Source of the DNA: Ginglymostoma cirratum
Lineage: Eukaryota
DNA: 64,000 nt
Reading direction: 5' to 3'
Assembly (NCBI GenBank): GCA_024137785.1
Contig: JAHRHZ010000133.1
Coordinates: forward strand, 26,560,598 to 26,624,597
Below are positions 1 through 14,375 of the stretch, one piece after another. Position 1 is the first letter of the stretch. Each line of letters begins with the position of its first letter. The notes under the pieces are model-generated. The model was not told the DNA's origin and searched no databases. It worked only from the letters and a program-made list of their open reading frames with translations. The position numbers and the translations under genes were made by a program.

Positions 1-110
1 GCCTAAACCCTTCATCAGAAAAGGGTTTAGGCCCGAAACGTCAAGTTTTCCTGCTCCTATGATGCTGCTTGACCTGCTGTGTTCATCCAGCCCCATGCTT
101 GTTATCTCTC
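1..110 (+). mobile_element. Penelope-like element terminus (family A), centre of an inverted pair, truncated by window edge
   Basis: aagggtttaggcccgaaacgtc...ttgttatctc on +, with ctgatgaagggtttaggc on - at 1-18. Confidence 0.75.
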
Positions 111-269
111 ATCAAGTGTTTGATAACTTTCCAAACCTGTGAACTGTACCACCGAGAAGGACAAGGTCAGTAAAGGCTTGGGACCAACACTTACCTGCAA
201 ATGCCCCTCGAAGTCACACATCCTCCAAACTTAGAAATATATCATTATCCCTTCACTGTCACTGGGCAC

Positions 270-2560
270 AAGAAAAGAGGTACAATGTTGTGAAGATTAG
301 TCATAGATGAGAAGATTGGGAATATTTAAAAAGTCCAAAGAATGACTAAAAAAACTGAGTAAGAAAACAGTTTGAGTAAACTAAAAGAAAAATAAAATAA
401 TGACATTCTTTAAGTACATAAAGAAGCAACCAACTGTAGGAAGGATTGGTCCCTTTGTGAATGAGACTGGGGAATAAGTAATGTGAATAGGGAAATGACG
501 GAGACTCGGAACAAATATTTTGTATGTCTTCATGGTAGAGTAAACATAAACAAACCCAATAAAGCTGAAAGTCAGAGGGCAAAAGGGATGGGAAGAAATT
601 AAAACAATTGTTACACTAAAGATACAACTTGGGAAATTACTGGGAATAGAGGCAACTTGTCCCCTGGGCTACCTTAAGAGTAGCAGCCACAAAGACAGCA
701 GACGCAAGCGGTTGTAATTTTCTAAAATTCCCTCGATTCTGAAAAACTGAAATGTAATGCTTATATTCAAGTAAAAAAGGGAGATAGCAGGAAGAAATAT
801 GTTAATTAGGCTAACATGACATTGATAAAATGCTGCACTCCAATATTAAGGAAGTCGCAGCAGGACATTTAGAAAATCATCGTATAATCAAGCAGAGGCA
901 CCATGGTTTTATGAGAGGGAAATAGTGATCAGCAAATTTATGAGTGTTGCAAACAGTGTGAAAAAGAGGAACCTGCAGAAGCGGTGTATTTAGATTTCCA
1001 AGAAGGACTTCAGTAAGGTGCAACATAAATGTTTACTGCAAAGGTTAACAGCTCATAAAAATTTGGGCAGGTGGGTGTGTGAGAAAATTCTAAAGGTTCT
1101 GAAATGTTATATAGAAAGGTGAGTGGCAAAAATTTAGCATATGGCGTACAATATAAAAAGTGTGATGTTATCCACTTTGGTAGGAAGAACAGAAAAGTTA
1201 AATAAGTTTTAAATGGAATGAGGCAACAGAATGGTACTCTCAAAGATGAAAGATCCCATACCCACAATGAGCAGGACAAATGTGATACATAAAATACCAT
1301 GCAGCAACTGCGAGAAACACTACGTAGGACAGAGGTAGTAGGAACTGCAGATGCTGGAGAATCTGAGATAACAAGGGGTAGAGCTGGATGAACACAGCAG
1401 GCCAAGCAACATCAGAGGAGCAAGAAGGCTGACGTTTCAGGCCTAGATGGGCAATAAAATCGCCACCAGGATACATGAACACCAGCCTGCAGTGAAACAG
1501 CATGACCAACTCGCCCTCATTTCAATACACTTTGACTTGGAAGAACATCAATTTGACTGGGACAAAGTTGCAGTACTAGGACAAGCAAGACAAAGACAAG
1601 CACAAAATTCCTGGAGGCCTGGTTTTCAACCACTGATACAATTAACAAACATGTTGAAACAGACCCCATCTACGTACGGTACAAAACCAGAAACAAGACT
1701 GCCCAACATGACATTCCGGACCATATAAGTTCAGAGTGGGACAGAACAACAGTGCTTCAACAGAGTCTACACAGCACTGATGATGTCACCTAGAAGGGAG
1801 ATGAAACATTTGCATGAAAACCAGTCAGCTCGGAGAACCAACCAAGAACTCCAGAATGCCATGGTACACAGGAATTCCACAGGAATCAGAAAAACTTAGA
1901 CGGTACAGCAAGTTATTATAAAGACAAATCAAATGTTTGTTTTTAATACAAGTGGGATGGAACATATATTGGAAATTTTGCTACAACTGTACAGGGCATT
2001 AGTGATCTCAGACCTAGAACACTGTGTAAAAATTTTGTCTCAATTTAAGGAGTGATATACATGCACTGGAAGCAGTTCGGAGAAAGTTTATGAGGTTGGT
2101 TCCTGAAAAGGATTGTCATATGAGATAATGATGACCAGTTGGTCTAAATTATTGGATTTTCAAAGAATGAGAACTGATTTGACTGAAACTGAAGATCACA
2201 AGGATCTGCTCTACCAGTCTCCTGGGAGAAAGTTTAAATTCTTAGGGATTTCTGGAACTGCAGCATAATTTCTGAATTGGGAGATATCTAAGATAACAAT
2301 GAGTAAAATTTCTTCTCTGAAGGTCATGAATCTTTTGAGATTATCTATTCAAGAGAACCCGAGGCTGAATTTTTGAATATATTCAAGGCCAAGAGAGATT
2401 CTTGGACATTTTGTTGGGGGGGGGGGGGCAGGGAGGGGAGTCACAGGTTATGGAGAATGAGCAGGCAAATGGATCTGAGGCTAAGACCAGCTCATCCATG
2501 ATGTAATTGAATGCTGGAGCAGTTGAGAGAGACCATGTGGTCCTTCATGTTCCTTTTCCC
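270..2560 (+). mobile_element. old degenerate CR1 LINE ORF2/3' end, interrupted by PLE insertions at ~1248-1850
   Basis: Decayed CR1 RT motifs (gtgtatttagatttccaagaagg = VYLDFQK; aagtgtgatgttatccactttggtaggaagaac = KC.VIHFGRKN) and a CR1-like tail near 2500. Confidence 0.7.
1248..1850 (+). mobile_element. PLE family B 3' fragment (GIY-YIG endonuclease + terminus), with a family A terminus inserted at ~1333-1445 (-)
   Basis: RTNVIHKIPCSNCEKHYVGQ|...GNKIATRIHEHQPAVKQHDQLALISIH; degenerate hammerhead ctgatgatgtcacc..gaaacatt at 1777-1810. Confidence 0.8.
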
Positions 2561-4489
2561 GGAGTTTCAAACCCTGACCAATATAACTAAATGTTTACAG
2601 GACCCCTTCCCATTCTTAACTGACCACAGGAGTTCAATGTAATCAAGCTACATTGACCTATGCTGCACTTTAGAAACAACCTTATCAGGTCATAAATTGT
2701 TCCCGTCGGCTCCAAGCAATGTAGGTGCACTGAGATTCCAATACCTAGTTTTGCAAATAAACACAAAACAGCTGATTGAATGTACTTTTAATTTTACAAG
2801 TTTCAGAATATATATTAATACTGATAACAGATTCTCAGCTTTTCATAAAACGTTTGTGTGAAATAGCTTCACAGGGTATAAATTTATATCAAGAACAGAA
2901 AAAGTTGTTTCGTTTCACCTTCCGATCATTCTTCGGAGGCCATCAAAATAGGGACTTGACAGATGTTTATCCAGGTTCAAGGGAAGGGAGAGAATGAGTG
3001 TCTTTTTATTAGGATTTTTAATAGAGTAAAAAGAACTATTGGAACCTGTATATTTTCTGTTGTTTTCTCTTACTTCCGATAAATTTCTCTCATGGTTTGT
3101 TGCCTGCATATTACATGCTATCCTTACATGCTGTTTTGTGTTTCATATACAAGAACAGTTTGATTGTGTTATTCCATCTCATGTATAAGTCAGGAGATAA
3201 TAGGATTCATGCCATATCTAGTAAGCTGTGGATTTTTGCTCAAAATATGCAAGCTACAATATAAAGCATTGTCTGCAAAAGCATCAGAAAAAGAGTAAGA
3301 TCCAAATATAACAATTTTCTTCTATTTTATTGAAAACCTCAATATCTGTAATCAATTTGTCATTAAGGTGGTGTGAAATCATCTTGTACTCACCAGGGCA
3401 ATATGCAAGAATACCTAATTTCAAAGGGAACAATTTGTATTGCCTGAAAAACAAGGTGCTGATTCGTTGAGATGTTGGCATAAAGAATGCATCAGACAAC
3501 AGTTAGTCTAAAGCTTTTGCTTAAGTTGAAAGAAGACAAGTCAACTGTTTGAAATGTACAATGGAGAATGCAACAGTATATGAATATATATACCTTCTCC
3601 CAAGCATAAGTAAGCAAATTGCAAATCCAACTCATAAATTTGAATTTGTTGTTATTGCAATTCTTAGCATTCTGAGAATTAAGTACTGCATAATAATGGA
3701 ATCATACCTAATGTTGGGAAATATGTTGTGTGGATATAGCCAGTACTTTGCCTTTTGTGAATGGCCAGTCATTGTGATGCATGTCCCACACACCATCACC
3801 ACTGGCATTGAAATTCACATAGCATGTCATTTGTTTGTGTGGTAGACATAATGTCTTTTAGCTGGACAGCAGCATCCTACTATTAACAGCTAATATGATT
3901 CATTAGTACTGCACAGCAGCTGTGCGAAATAGCTAGCTTCACGTGTTGCTTACATTGTTGAGACACTACTTTCAATAGTAATTTGAAGTAGATGGCACTT
4001 TTGAGGAGCAAAAGGGGTGTCCTTAATCCAGTTCATGATTTTGACTAACATAATTAGCGATCTGATCAAGATTGCTGTCTTGCAGAATAAGGTCTTTGAT
4101 CCACTCTATTTCAGCATGAAACTAGTAATTAGCAAATACCCTATTTATGAGGAAGACGATAAGGCCAGTCCTGCATCCATGGTAATCCCAATGTGGATCT
4201 TTACCAGTCAAGGTACATTTAAGGTGGAAGTACAGAATCTATTAGTGGATTTCTTATCTAGCACATTGAGGAAAGAGGTTTTGTTAAATTTCTCCAAAGG
4301 TTAATTTGAAAACTGGTTGGACCCCAAGTAAAAGCAAATTTTTAAACGCAGTTGCAGATTCACATGTAACAAACGTACAAGTGGAGGTGTGTGAGGTATC
4401 ATTCCATTAAAACCATATTTATAATAGAAACTGACAAAAATGTTATTGTGAGAGGATCCCATGGTAAACCCACCAATTTGGCCATTAGA

Positions 4490-4900
4490 ACAGAATAGAA
4501 TATCCTTTTACTGTCACATGTACTCCATTGTAGGAATACAGTGAAAAGCTTTTACATGTCTGCCATCTTATGGCGACATCTTAAGTATAAGGACCTAGAT
4601 ACGATGCTTGGTTACAGCAGTGGAATAAAAGTAATTGCATTACTGTACAGAGTTGAAAAATAAGTTAAAAAGAGGACATCATTAAAGGGTTGACATTAAA
4701 GTAGGAAATTTCAAATCGACATCACATTGCAGCAGCTCAGTGCATGGCCTCCATATGTTCTGACTGGCCACGCCAGACCCCAGTCCAGCAGCCGTCCCCA
4801 CTCCACTCCAAGGCCTAGTCCACTCTGTACCGGCACTCAGCTGTCCCAATGCAAGTTCCAGGACTACCTCCCCTGTGCCAGTCTCTGCCCAGGACTTTGA
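4490..4900 (-). mobile_element. non-coding retroelement with Rex/Babar-like tail (same family as 17810-18300 and 53985-54625)
   Basis: Shared tail cttttcactgta(c/t)tc...gagtac..gtgaca(a/g)taaa in three copies. Confidence 0.5.
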
Positions 4901-5654
4901 GTGAATGATGCTCTTTGAATAAGAACTTATTGTGAACACGTGGCCCCAGTTGTTATGAAGGCACCCAGCTGTTAGTACCAGACAAGTCAGGTTCCAAATA
5001 AGTGCAAAATCTAGCCTAGGCAAGAGTTTTTAAATTGCAAAAGAACTGATGATGCACAATTCTGGGGATTGGGGCATGTTCCCACTTCTAGCTGTGGATG
5101 CATGCTCTACATGGACAAAGTACATTCCTTAGAAGTAGGGATACAAAGCAAAACCATAAACAAATCCAGTGAGAAAGGTTCCCGCTACTACATGTAGGTT
5201 GCCAAAATGGCTTCCTGGCTTAGTTCTCAAACACAGTACGTGATAGAGCAAACCAGGAAAGTCACAGGCTTGATCTCTGGACTGTACCGTTTTCCAACAA
5301 AGCTAGAACAAACTTTGGAGTATGAACGATTATCAGTGTTCCTGGGTTAGGGATAGAGTCATGGCTCTAAAGTGCCTGAAAGTGAAACAATATAAATCTA
5401 TTTTCTACTGACTCACCTCAGAATAAAAAAGGTCTGTCAAAATTTATTATTTAGTTCCCGCATGTGGAATGCTCCACAGTATCTATGGAATTGTATACCA
5501 CATATCAGCACCTACAGCAGAAGAAAAAGATGGCCAAGGTAAAAACAAAAGGACAACAAGGAAAATATTAAATATGTTGTTTTTTTTTGTTGGAACCTGT
5601 GGAGTCATATGATGGGACAAGAACAACTTAATAGGAAGGGAAAATTAGGAACAA

Positions 5655-6654
5655 TAAAGCAGACAAAATTAAATTAGCTTTATTTCAGTAAAGTTACAAA
5701 AGCAAAATGTAACAATAATGCACATGTGGTTATTCTGTAGAATTTACAATTGTGTTATGTACATGGCATGTAAGCCATCTATTAGTACAGTACTTCAGAG
5801 CTTTAGTTAAGCCAAAGGACACAAACTAGTCAGTGGCGGCAGGCAGACTGCTTTACTGTGAGAATAACTTTTGGAATTAGACCTTCTGTATAGATTACTA
5901 CAGAATAAGGATACTATACACATAACAGTGTGCATCATCATTATTACTGACAAAAACACAACTGGGTGGCATCAATAGCCATATTTAGTAAACAATTTAT
6001 GGTTACAAATTTATTTTTTTAAAGTTTCAACAGAGTCCAGAGTACATTTTTAAAAACAGATTTAGTAGTGGTAACTTTGTTCACTTAAAAAAATAATAGC
6101 ATTGTAGTGCAATTATCTTCAGACTCCATTTATGAAGTTAGCTACTGCTGGTTATAAATTAGTATGTTGTGGATCATACTAACCAATACTGCTGCATTAG
6201 GTTTTCACAAATTCTGGCAAGAGTAGTGCCATCTTCTTAATGAAAAAGATGTTTGCATAAAATTACCTTTAAAATTATTACTAATCTGTTGTATTTGTTT
6301 CCTTGGAGATCAAGTCCTTGTTAACAAGCCATTCCAAATCCTTAAGCTATTGTAATAACAAGAGTATACATACTTTTAAGATTTCAGTTTAGTGAATTAG
6401 CAATTAAAGTGAGAATGGTGAAATAAAAATGTTTAAAATTGTAAACATGGATTTAGAGCACTAAATTTGGGATGTTCACCAAGTTAAAGGTTAATACATC
6501 CACACATTGCTCTAAATTTTAGCCCTCTGTTATCAAGTCAAACAAGATTAGCCACATGCCAGACTAAATTAAGTGATAAGATTTCTTCCATTCATATTCC
6601 TTTGCTTGGTCTAGTTTGGTCAGCTTAATGCTACTCGCAGTTCCATAAACTGGT
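5655..6654 (-). other. HEATR5A: probable HEATR5A 3'UTR (end approximate)
   Basis: AT-rich sequence with no recognised repeat between the stop and the AATAAA signals. Confidence 0.55.
5679..5684 (-). terminator. candidate polyadenylation signal AATAAA (second candidate at 6010-6015)
   Basis: tttatt on + strand, followed on the minus strand by a U/GU-rich tract (ttttgtctgctttattgtt). Confidence 0.5.
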
Positions 6655-6999
<345 letters not shown>

Positions 7000-7362
7000 T
7001 TAACCACATTTACACTAGAACTGAATCTGTACAAATATATTCAGCAGTGGTCACGTTGAATTACTGTACAGAAAATGAATGAAAGCATGAGCACCAAAAG
7101 GGAGTGGAGTTAAAAAATTTGCAACTTAGTGAACATGACAACTAACTTAAGAGCTGAACGTGTCACTCGTGAATATTTCATTATGCTCTGAATTCAACGT
7201 ACATTCAATTTCAAATAAAGCAATTACTATTCCTTCTTGAAAAAGAGCTGAACTGCTAATGGAGCCTGACAGTCAGCATTCTGGCCAAGGAGAAAATAAA
7301 TCAGAATTTCTAAACAATTTAGAAAAGTGTGCAAGGATGTTAAAGCATTTTCATCCAAAAGA

Positions 7363-7529
7363 TTAAATAAAAACCAAAAGAACTGCAGATGCTGTAAATC
7401 AGGATCAAAAACAAAATTGCTGGAGTTTCAGTTCTGATGAAGGGTCACCGGACCCGAAACGTTAACTGTGTTTTTTGCTTTCACAGATGCTGCCAGACCT
7501 GCTGAGCCTCTCCAGCAATTTTGTTTTTG
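7363..7529 (+). mobile_element. short fold-back PLE-derived insertion (family C) with 13-bp TSD
   Basis: TSD ttcatccaaaaga 7350-7362 / 7530-7542; inverted arms caaaaacaaaattgctggag / ctccagcaattttgtttttg. Confidence 0.8.
7429..7468 (+). ncRNA. minimal type I hammerhead ribozyme motif
   Basis: CAGUU-CUGAUGA-A-GGGUC(ACCG)GACCC-GAAA-CG-UU-AACUG: 5-bp stem I, 5-bp stem II, intact core, stem III reduced to palindromic ACGU. Confidence 0.7.
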
Positions 7530-7941
7530 TTCATCCAAAAGACATTGAGATAAAACAGGATTTGGGTTTCGAAGCTGAGGGGCTGACAGACTGCAAAATA
7601 GCATAATGGCATAATTCACCATCTTCAGAAACATTTATGGGGGATGGGGAGAGGAGGATGACTCTTGAAGAAAGTTGTGCTATCTTTCTTTTCTTTCCAT
7701 TCTCAGACAGCTATTCAATGGGAAAAACTACATGATAATTTACTATGTAGGTAGTATCTCATGCTTTCCAGCAGATAACAATAGGAGGATTCAAGCACAG
7801 GACTTGAGCATTCATCCGCACAGCAGTGGAAAAGGAAACAAGGATAATGACAGAATTAAAAATTGAGTTAAATTCTTAAGGTCCCTCAGCTATAAATTGA
7901 ACGTAATTCAAGTCTAAAGTGAACTGCATAATCACACTCAC

Positions 7942-8155
7942 GGTTTTGTTCATCAGCTAAGGTGATCAAAGTCTCCAAAGTCTTCAATCCTGCTTGCACA
8001 GCCTGCAATTCTGCACATGTGCTTGGCATCTCTTTCTCCACGTCTCGCAATCTTTGTACAATTAAAATAGTCAGGGAGTGAATGTAAGGGGTAGATACTG
8101 CCCGATTCGGATGCTGAAATATTGACTGCAGCAATTTGTAGCACTGCACGAGCAC
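7942..8155 (-). CDS. HEATR5A: HEATR5A coding exon 18
   Basis: VLVQCYKLLQSIFQHPNRAVSTPYIHSL...GLKTLETLITLADEQN(R)|GTgagt. Confidence 0.92.
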
Positions 8156-9444
8156 CTAAGATGAAAGAAGACAAAAAGCACAAGTACTGAAAAACTGAAT
8201 CAGATTTTGGCAAAATTTGAAATAGGACTTAACATATGCTATTATAATGTATTATGCGTTGAAATGTTAGCCTAATTCGGATGAATTCTTGTTTTGAAGT
8301 CTCTTTCACCATATGAAAAACAGGCAGAAGTTGCTGCCTTTTAAGGCTCATCAGCAAAGGTCTCTGCTGATGCCTTAATCTTATTGTTGGTTTCCATTCC
8401 CCTTAGGTTATTGACTGAGGCTTGGGTCACAGCATTATCAGTCCAAGGATACCTTACCGAAAACAAAGTAGAGATTTATTAATCTGAGAGTAGGCAATGA
8501 GATCTTCAGGGATATCAAAGCCAAACCTGATTCTGTCTGATGTTTGCAAGTGTATTTTACAGAACAGTCATTGGGTGGATAGTTCTTAAGAATAAGGTCT
8601 CTGACTTCATCACCAGTTAATTGACCACATCAGAAACAAAACTTCTATTCTTCCTCATCTGTTTGCTTAAATGCTGCATCGTGTAGTGTATTAACAAATA
8701 AGCCACTGCACTGCTGTGCTTGTTACATTTCATGAAGCTTTCTGACAATAAGCAGTTAATTTTCCATGTCAATTTGTGTGAGAGCCCAAATATTAATTAG
8801 CTAAATTCAAAAACATGCTCCATTTAAAATGTGTACAACAATGTTCTTCCCCCTTCTGCTGAAAAGATTTACTTTGACTGGGTATTGATCCAGAAATGTC
8901 TCAATAACTCTTTAACATCAACCTGGATGGTGATGCATCTGAAATTGGAGGGGAATTACAACCAAGGTAAGTGTTATCTTTCCCCAGTATCTACATGCAC
9001 ATTGTTCTTCAATGGTAAATGCATTATAATTCGGGCGTGGGCTCTTGCTGATTCTATTTACTCAAGGTCATTTTAGCATCCTAGCCCTGGGCCACTTTGG
9101 CATTTTGAAGAGTTTAACATAAATTAAGATTCTGCAGTTATTTAGATGCAGATGAGTAGTGAGACGAAGAAAATGGAAACGTCCATCAAGAATGAATTCT
9201 ACAAGGGAATGGCCTCCTATTATCATCATGAACATAGCAATTGGTAAGTTAATTCAACACCAATTCGGATCAAATTTTGGGTCTAAGTAGATCAACAACA
9301 GCATAGTTTATTAAAAAAACGCATTTTTGATAACGTTCATTTGATTTCAACTATAAATCAAAGTACATGAAATAACTGTAAACATAGTATCTCTCATCTC
9401 CATTAAATTTAAATAAACTTAAGTAAACCTTACAGAATACTTAC

Positions 9445-9596
9445 TATTGGATTTTTAGAACTAAGAACTATTTTAAACCTGTTGATACATTTTTTCTCAA
9501 GACACTGTACACAGGTGACTTCTGGACTTGCTGACATCAAGAAAATACTAATGGCAGTCAGCATGCTCACTTCATCCAGTTCTGATGGAGTCATCT
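9445..9596 (-). CDS. HEATR5A: HEATR5A coding exon 17
   Basis: (E)[50 protein letters not shown]|GTaagt; acceptor chosen to keep phase. Confidence 0.9.
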
Positions 9597-9764
9597 CTAC
9601 GAAAACAACAAAATGTGCAAAATTTAGACAATGGGCCACATCCAAAGCATTTTATTTCCCTTTAATTTATATTGAAGTTCAAGGGCTGGTTTTGGAGAGG
9701 AAAGACTTTTAATCTTTGGCACAATTTAGATCTTTCCCTGTGTATCGTCAAAATGTTACTGTGT

Positions 9765-10158
9765 ACAAGATGAGAACAGGTGACCTTACGGAAGTTTATA
9801 AAATCATGAGGGGCACAGATAGGGTGAATAGCCAAGTTCTTTTCCCCAGGGTAGCAGAGTTCAAAACTGGAGGGAATAGGTTTAAGGCGAGAATGGAAAG
9901 ATTTAAAAAGGGACCTAAGGGGCAACTTTTTTCACACAGAGGGTGGTGTGTGTATGGAATGAGCTGCCAGGGGAAGTGGTAGAGGCTGGTACAATGACAA
10001 CATTTAAAAGGCATCTGGATGGGTATATGAATAGGAAGGGTTTAGAGGGATGAGCCAAATGCTTGCAAATAGGATTAGATTAATTTAGGATATCTGGTTG
10101 GCATAGCCAAATTGGACCAGAGGGTCTGTTTCCATGCTATACAGCTCTATGACTCTTA
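9765..10158 (+). mobile_element. CR1 (HER1-like) LINE 3' end
   Basis: MRTGDLTEVYKIMRGTDRVN...; tail gggtctgtttccatgctatac..ctctatgactct resembles the HE1 SINE tails in this window. Confidence 0.8.
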
Positions 10159-11879
10159 CGACTTTTGGTGACTGCAAAGTTCGACAATTTTTGGTTCACA
10201 CTGAATCAAACATTATTCGACTGTAAACAGCAACAAAAAAAATCCAAAAAATATTCTGCTACATAGAGATTCAACAGACACAGCAGTGATTCAGGGATTA
10301 ACAAGAGCATTGTGCACTTAGGAATTCTGACACCTTCCAACCCTGGGTTGACATGGACCAACTGAAGATCTAGCCTGATAGCAGACACAGGATACAATTC
10401 CTTTGTTCTAGCTCTATTCTATACCCATTGCACAAAGAATTCAAAGACCTAACTAATAATCAAAAGGCAAAGGAATCTACAAGTCACAGCAATGCAGCAA
10501 CTTTGGACTGAATCTACTCATCTCCTTCCAGATTACTGCTCTTCTACCCACTTATTTTTAAATGCTGTGCCTGTTCCCTATGTGTTCCCTCTAATGCAGG
10601 AGGCCTCAGAAGTGTACAGCGGACCATTAACCCAGCTAAATTCCCATAGTGTGGGAAAGCTGAGAGAAAGCCAAGTCATGCTGCCCCCTCAATATCAACA
10701 GTAATTGCATATTCTGGTAAATCTAATCATTCACAAACACTGAACAGCTATTAGACATTTAGACAGATTTTCAGTGTGTTAGTGAATAAATGTGAGTTAA
10801 CTAAGTGGGTAAAAGGATTTTTTTTGGGAGGTGTGGTGGTGGTGGCGGCGGTGAGTTAAAGAGGCAGGGAAACAAGGGTCGGGTGCAGGCTTGGAAGCAT
10901 ATGGTGCTTACGTGGCTGGATGGCAAGGTAGTTGGGTACAAAAACAGGTTGGGTAGCAAAGTGTTGAGCAGTTAAGTGAATTGGGGTCTTGTCCGAAGTT
11001 GGCAGGTAGGTGTCAGAGAGTTGGGTTGGAACCATTGGGATGGGAGAGTCGGGTCCATAGGATGGAACTCAGATCTGGAAGGGGAAAGAGGGTGGGGAGA
11101 GTCAAGTCCTGTCCAGGTTGGGGAAGTGGAGTTTAGAATTGGTGTTGGTTGGCTCCAGCTTCAGGGACTGTCTACGTGCAATCATGCGTGCTGGTATTGG
11201 AAGTGATGGAGCCAAGTCAAATAGTCAGGTGTCTTATACAGTTGGCCAGCAATTGGAGCAAGTTGTAACACTGCAAACTTTTCAGTTAAGACTCTCAGAA
11301 CCAACCACAGTATCTTGCTATAACTTATTTTTTTGGAGGCTCCAGATACTGTGTTAACTTGCTGGGAAATTCTCACATAGGCAGCTGCATGAGGGCCTCT
11401 GCATGGTCCTAGTGTTTATCTTCCATCTATATTATTTTTAACAATGCTTTTGTAAAAACAGAGATTTCTACAAAATGTAAACAATTTAGTTGTTCTTATA
11501 TGAAAATTTGGTGCACTTGTCAGAGACACAAACAGCAGATACCAGGCAAAAGCAGCAAATGGAAAGCAAGTTACAGATGGGAATATCTAGCAGGTGGAAA
11601 TGAAGCAATGAGTAAGTTAATTTTCAACACAGAAATTAAGATACAAGTATGAATCTAGGTAACAGAATGTTTGACATTTTTAGAAAAAATTGGAGACCTG
11701 GGCTAGGAATCCAAAACATTTCACACAAACTCCGTACAAAAATCCTTCTGTTTTTATTTTGTTGAATGTCTTTTGAATTAACCTTCCTTTGTGATTCAGT
11801 TGCACAACCCTCCAATATAAATGAGCTTATCTAACTCTGACGTCCTGAACATCCTTCATATTTATTGTTCTACTACTGA

Positions 11880-12080
11880 TCAGATACTGTGGACTAAAGA
11901 TTAACTTTCTAAACTTCTGTCTCTCTCAATCTCTCTTGCCTCCGTTAAATGCTCTTTAAAATCCAACTTCCTCACAAACTTTAGGTCACCTGTCCTTGAA
12001 GTTCCTGATGTGGCTCTATATCAAGTTTTGTTTGATAGCATTCTTGTGCAGCATCTTAGTATATTTAACAGTGTTTTGGT
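11880..12080 (+). mobile_element. ancient L2-like 3' remnant
   Basis: Similar to the 17540-17700 remnant (ctctttaaaa..cttc..caaacttt.gtca...tgtggc); low identity. Confidence 0.4.
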
Positions 12081-12247
12081 TGCCAAATAAGTACAAGATC
12101 TTGCATTCCTATGAAACATTGAGACTTTATATATTAAGGACATTATATACATGCAAGTTCTTGTTGCTGATGGTGGTGAGAAACTTTTTCCCTTAAAAAA
12201 CTGAAATATTCTTGTAAGAAAATATATTGTTTATTGTTCAGAGTTTA

Positions 12248-12511
<264 letters not shown>

Positions 12512-13679
12512 TTAGAGCATGTCGAATGAGCTGAAAAATGAGTACAAAATTAGGTTTGTATTAAGCCTTTAAAAGGATTGCTTGTATATTTTTGAGAACC
12601 ATTTCTTCAGAGTTCTTGTTTATCCCCATCTTTGGCTGAAAGAACAAATGGTAGGGTCTTGCCCCAGGTTTTTAACAAATGTTCTGACTCTGGCTGCATG
12701 CTTGGATGTCATCATAACCTGCATTCATTCTTTAGTGACTTGGTAACATTATGGAACTAACGTGTGATCCATCAATTCAGAATGATTAAAGAAACAAGAA
12801 ACAAAAACTTTGATACATGAGGAATCGTTCATGTTCGCAGGACACATGTTTACAGCTACACAGGCGGGTATTGCAGAAAATTAACATACAGCAAGGTTTT
12901 ACATGCACTATAAAAATGTATTGTCTAATGAATCAGTTTTACTGAGCAGCAGAGTGTTTCGTATGTTTTCAATTCCATCAAGAAGCTGGTTGGATAGAAG
13001 TTGCTTGAGGACTTTAGGTTGCAGTTTTCAAGTCAGTTTTGTTTACAAATGAGAAAATCAAAAAGAAACCTGTACATAATTGTTTAAATATTTTAGAAAG
13101 GAATTCAACCTTGACTGCAATGGCTGAAGTACAACATAACTATGTACATTATATTTGCTAAATTTAACAGAGAATGGAAGGTGACAAATTGGCAATTTAC
13201 TAAAATTATACTTCAGGGGCTGAAATTAGTTTTCAAAAGTCAGACTGCTACTTAAGCAGCTTGTATGTTTTTAATAGCATTCATCATATAGCTGTGAACA
13301 AATAAGTTACAATTGCCATCTGATATTTTGCTGCTTAAACCACATAGTATCAAAATATTAGGCAAATTTAACTTAAATTTGGCAATTGATCAGCTCAAGA
13401 GATTGCAATGGGAAATTAGGAATAAAGACAGATAAAGATAAGAGGCAAAGCAATTAACTTCTCTGGGTTTGCAGTGACATGCAGCTACTCCCCAATGTTT
13501 GTTGCTTGGCAATATATTTAACCGATGGGAGATTCGGATCCTTCATTTAGATCAGTTCCAAAATAGCAATATTCAGACGAACAAATCAGCAGTGTGGTTC
13601 CACAACTATATTAGCCCATACTAAGACAAACAGAAGAAAAATACAGCAGATAAAAATTTTGAAACAACAGTCTCTTTCC

Positions 13680-14375
13680 ACTCCTCTAGGTAATATTGCC
13701 AATACTGACTTTGGCTTACAACACTGACTTCTGCCCCAAATATTCTGGTCACCATATTCTTCACTCTTCCTTGAAGCTCCCCAAGTCGAATCATCCTAAG
13801 CAGATCATATTTCTGTGCCATCATTGATAACATCCATTTCCACCTACACACATCTTAACTCCACCTTTGCCTCAGTTCTTATGCTACTGAAACTCTTGTT
13901 TACACCATTGATTATTTTTAGTCATTCATGGGATATGGGTGTTATCGGCTAAGCCAGGATTATTGCCCATTCCTAGTTGTCCTTGAGAAGATCGTGATTT
14001 GCTGCCTTTCTAAACCAATGAAGTCCATTTGGTGTAGGTCGACCCACAATACCATTCAGAAGAGGATTCCTGGATCGTGAGCCAGCAACACTGAAGGATG
14101 TCTAGATTTGACTACTCTGAACATTGCTGGCCAGCTTCTCATATTCCATGCCCCAAAAGCTTACAGGAAGAATATGAGATTTAATTTTAAAAAACAAGGA
14201 ACGTGCTATGTAGCCTCTTGAGCCTGCTCCTCCATTCAATATGATCATGACTGATTACAATCTTGAGATCATCCAAATTTCTGCTGTCCATGTCTTAATT
14301 TGTATCCACACCCATTTATACATCATCCCTGTCCTCACTGACTTAACTGGGTCCATGCTAAGCAATACTCTTATT
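13680..14375 (+). mobile_element. ancient L2-like remnant (continues at ~17385-17700), with small LINE tails inserted at ~13915-14100 and ~14195-14260
   Basis: catccctgtcctcactgacttaactgg.. continues as aatattcatccttgttttcaatccctccatggcc, an L2 ORF2 C-terminal pattern. Confidence 0.5.

Noticed and set aside
9594-9598. Alternative acceptor 2 nt downstream (tagAG|ATG)
   Set aside because: It would break the frame with the phase-1 upstream exon.
10825-11160. G-rich tract with G-quadruplex potential
   Set aside because: Irregular G-runs, probably the interior of an old unclassified repeat; no specific structure can be supported.
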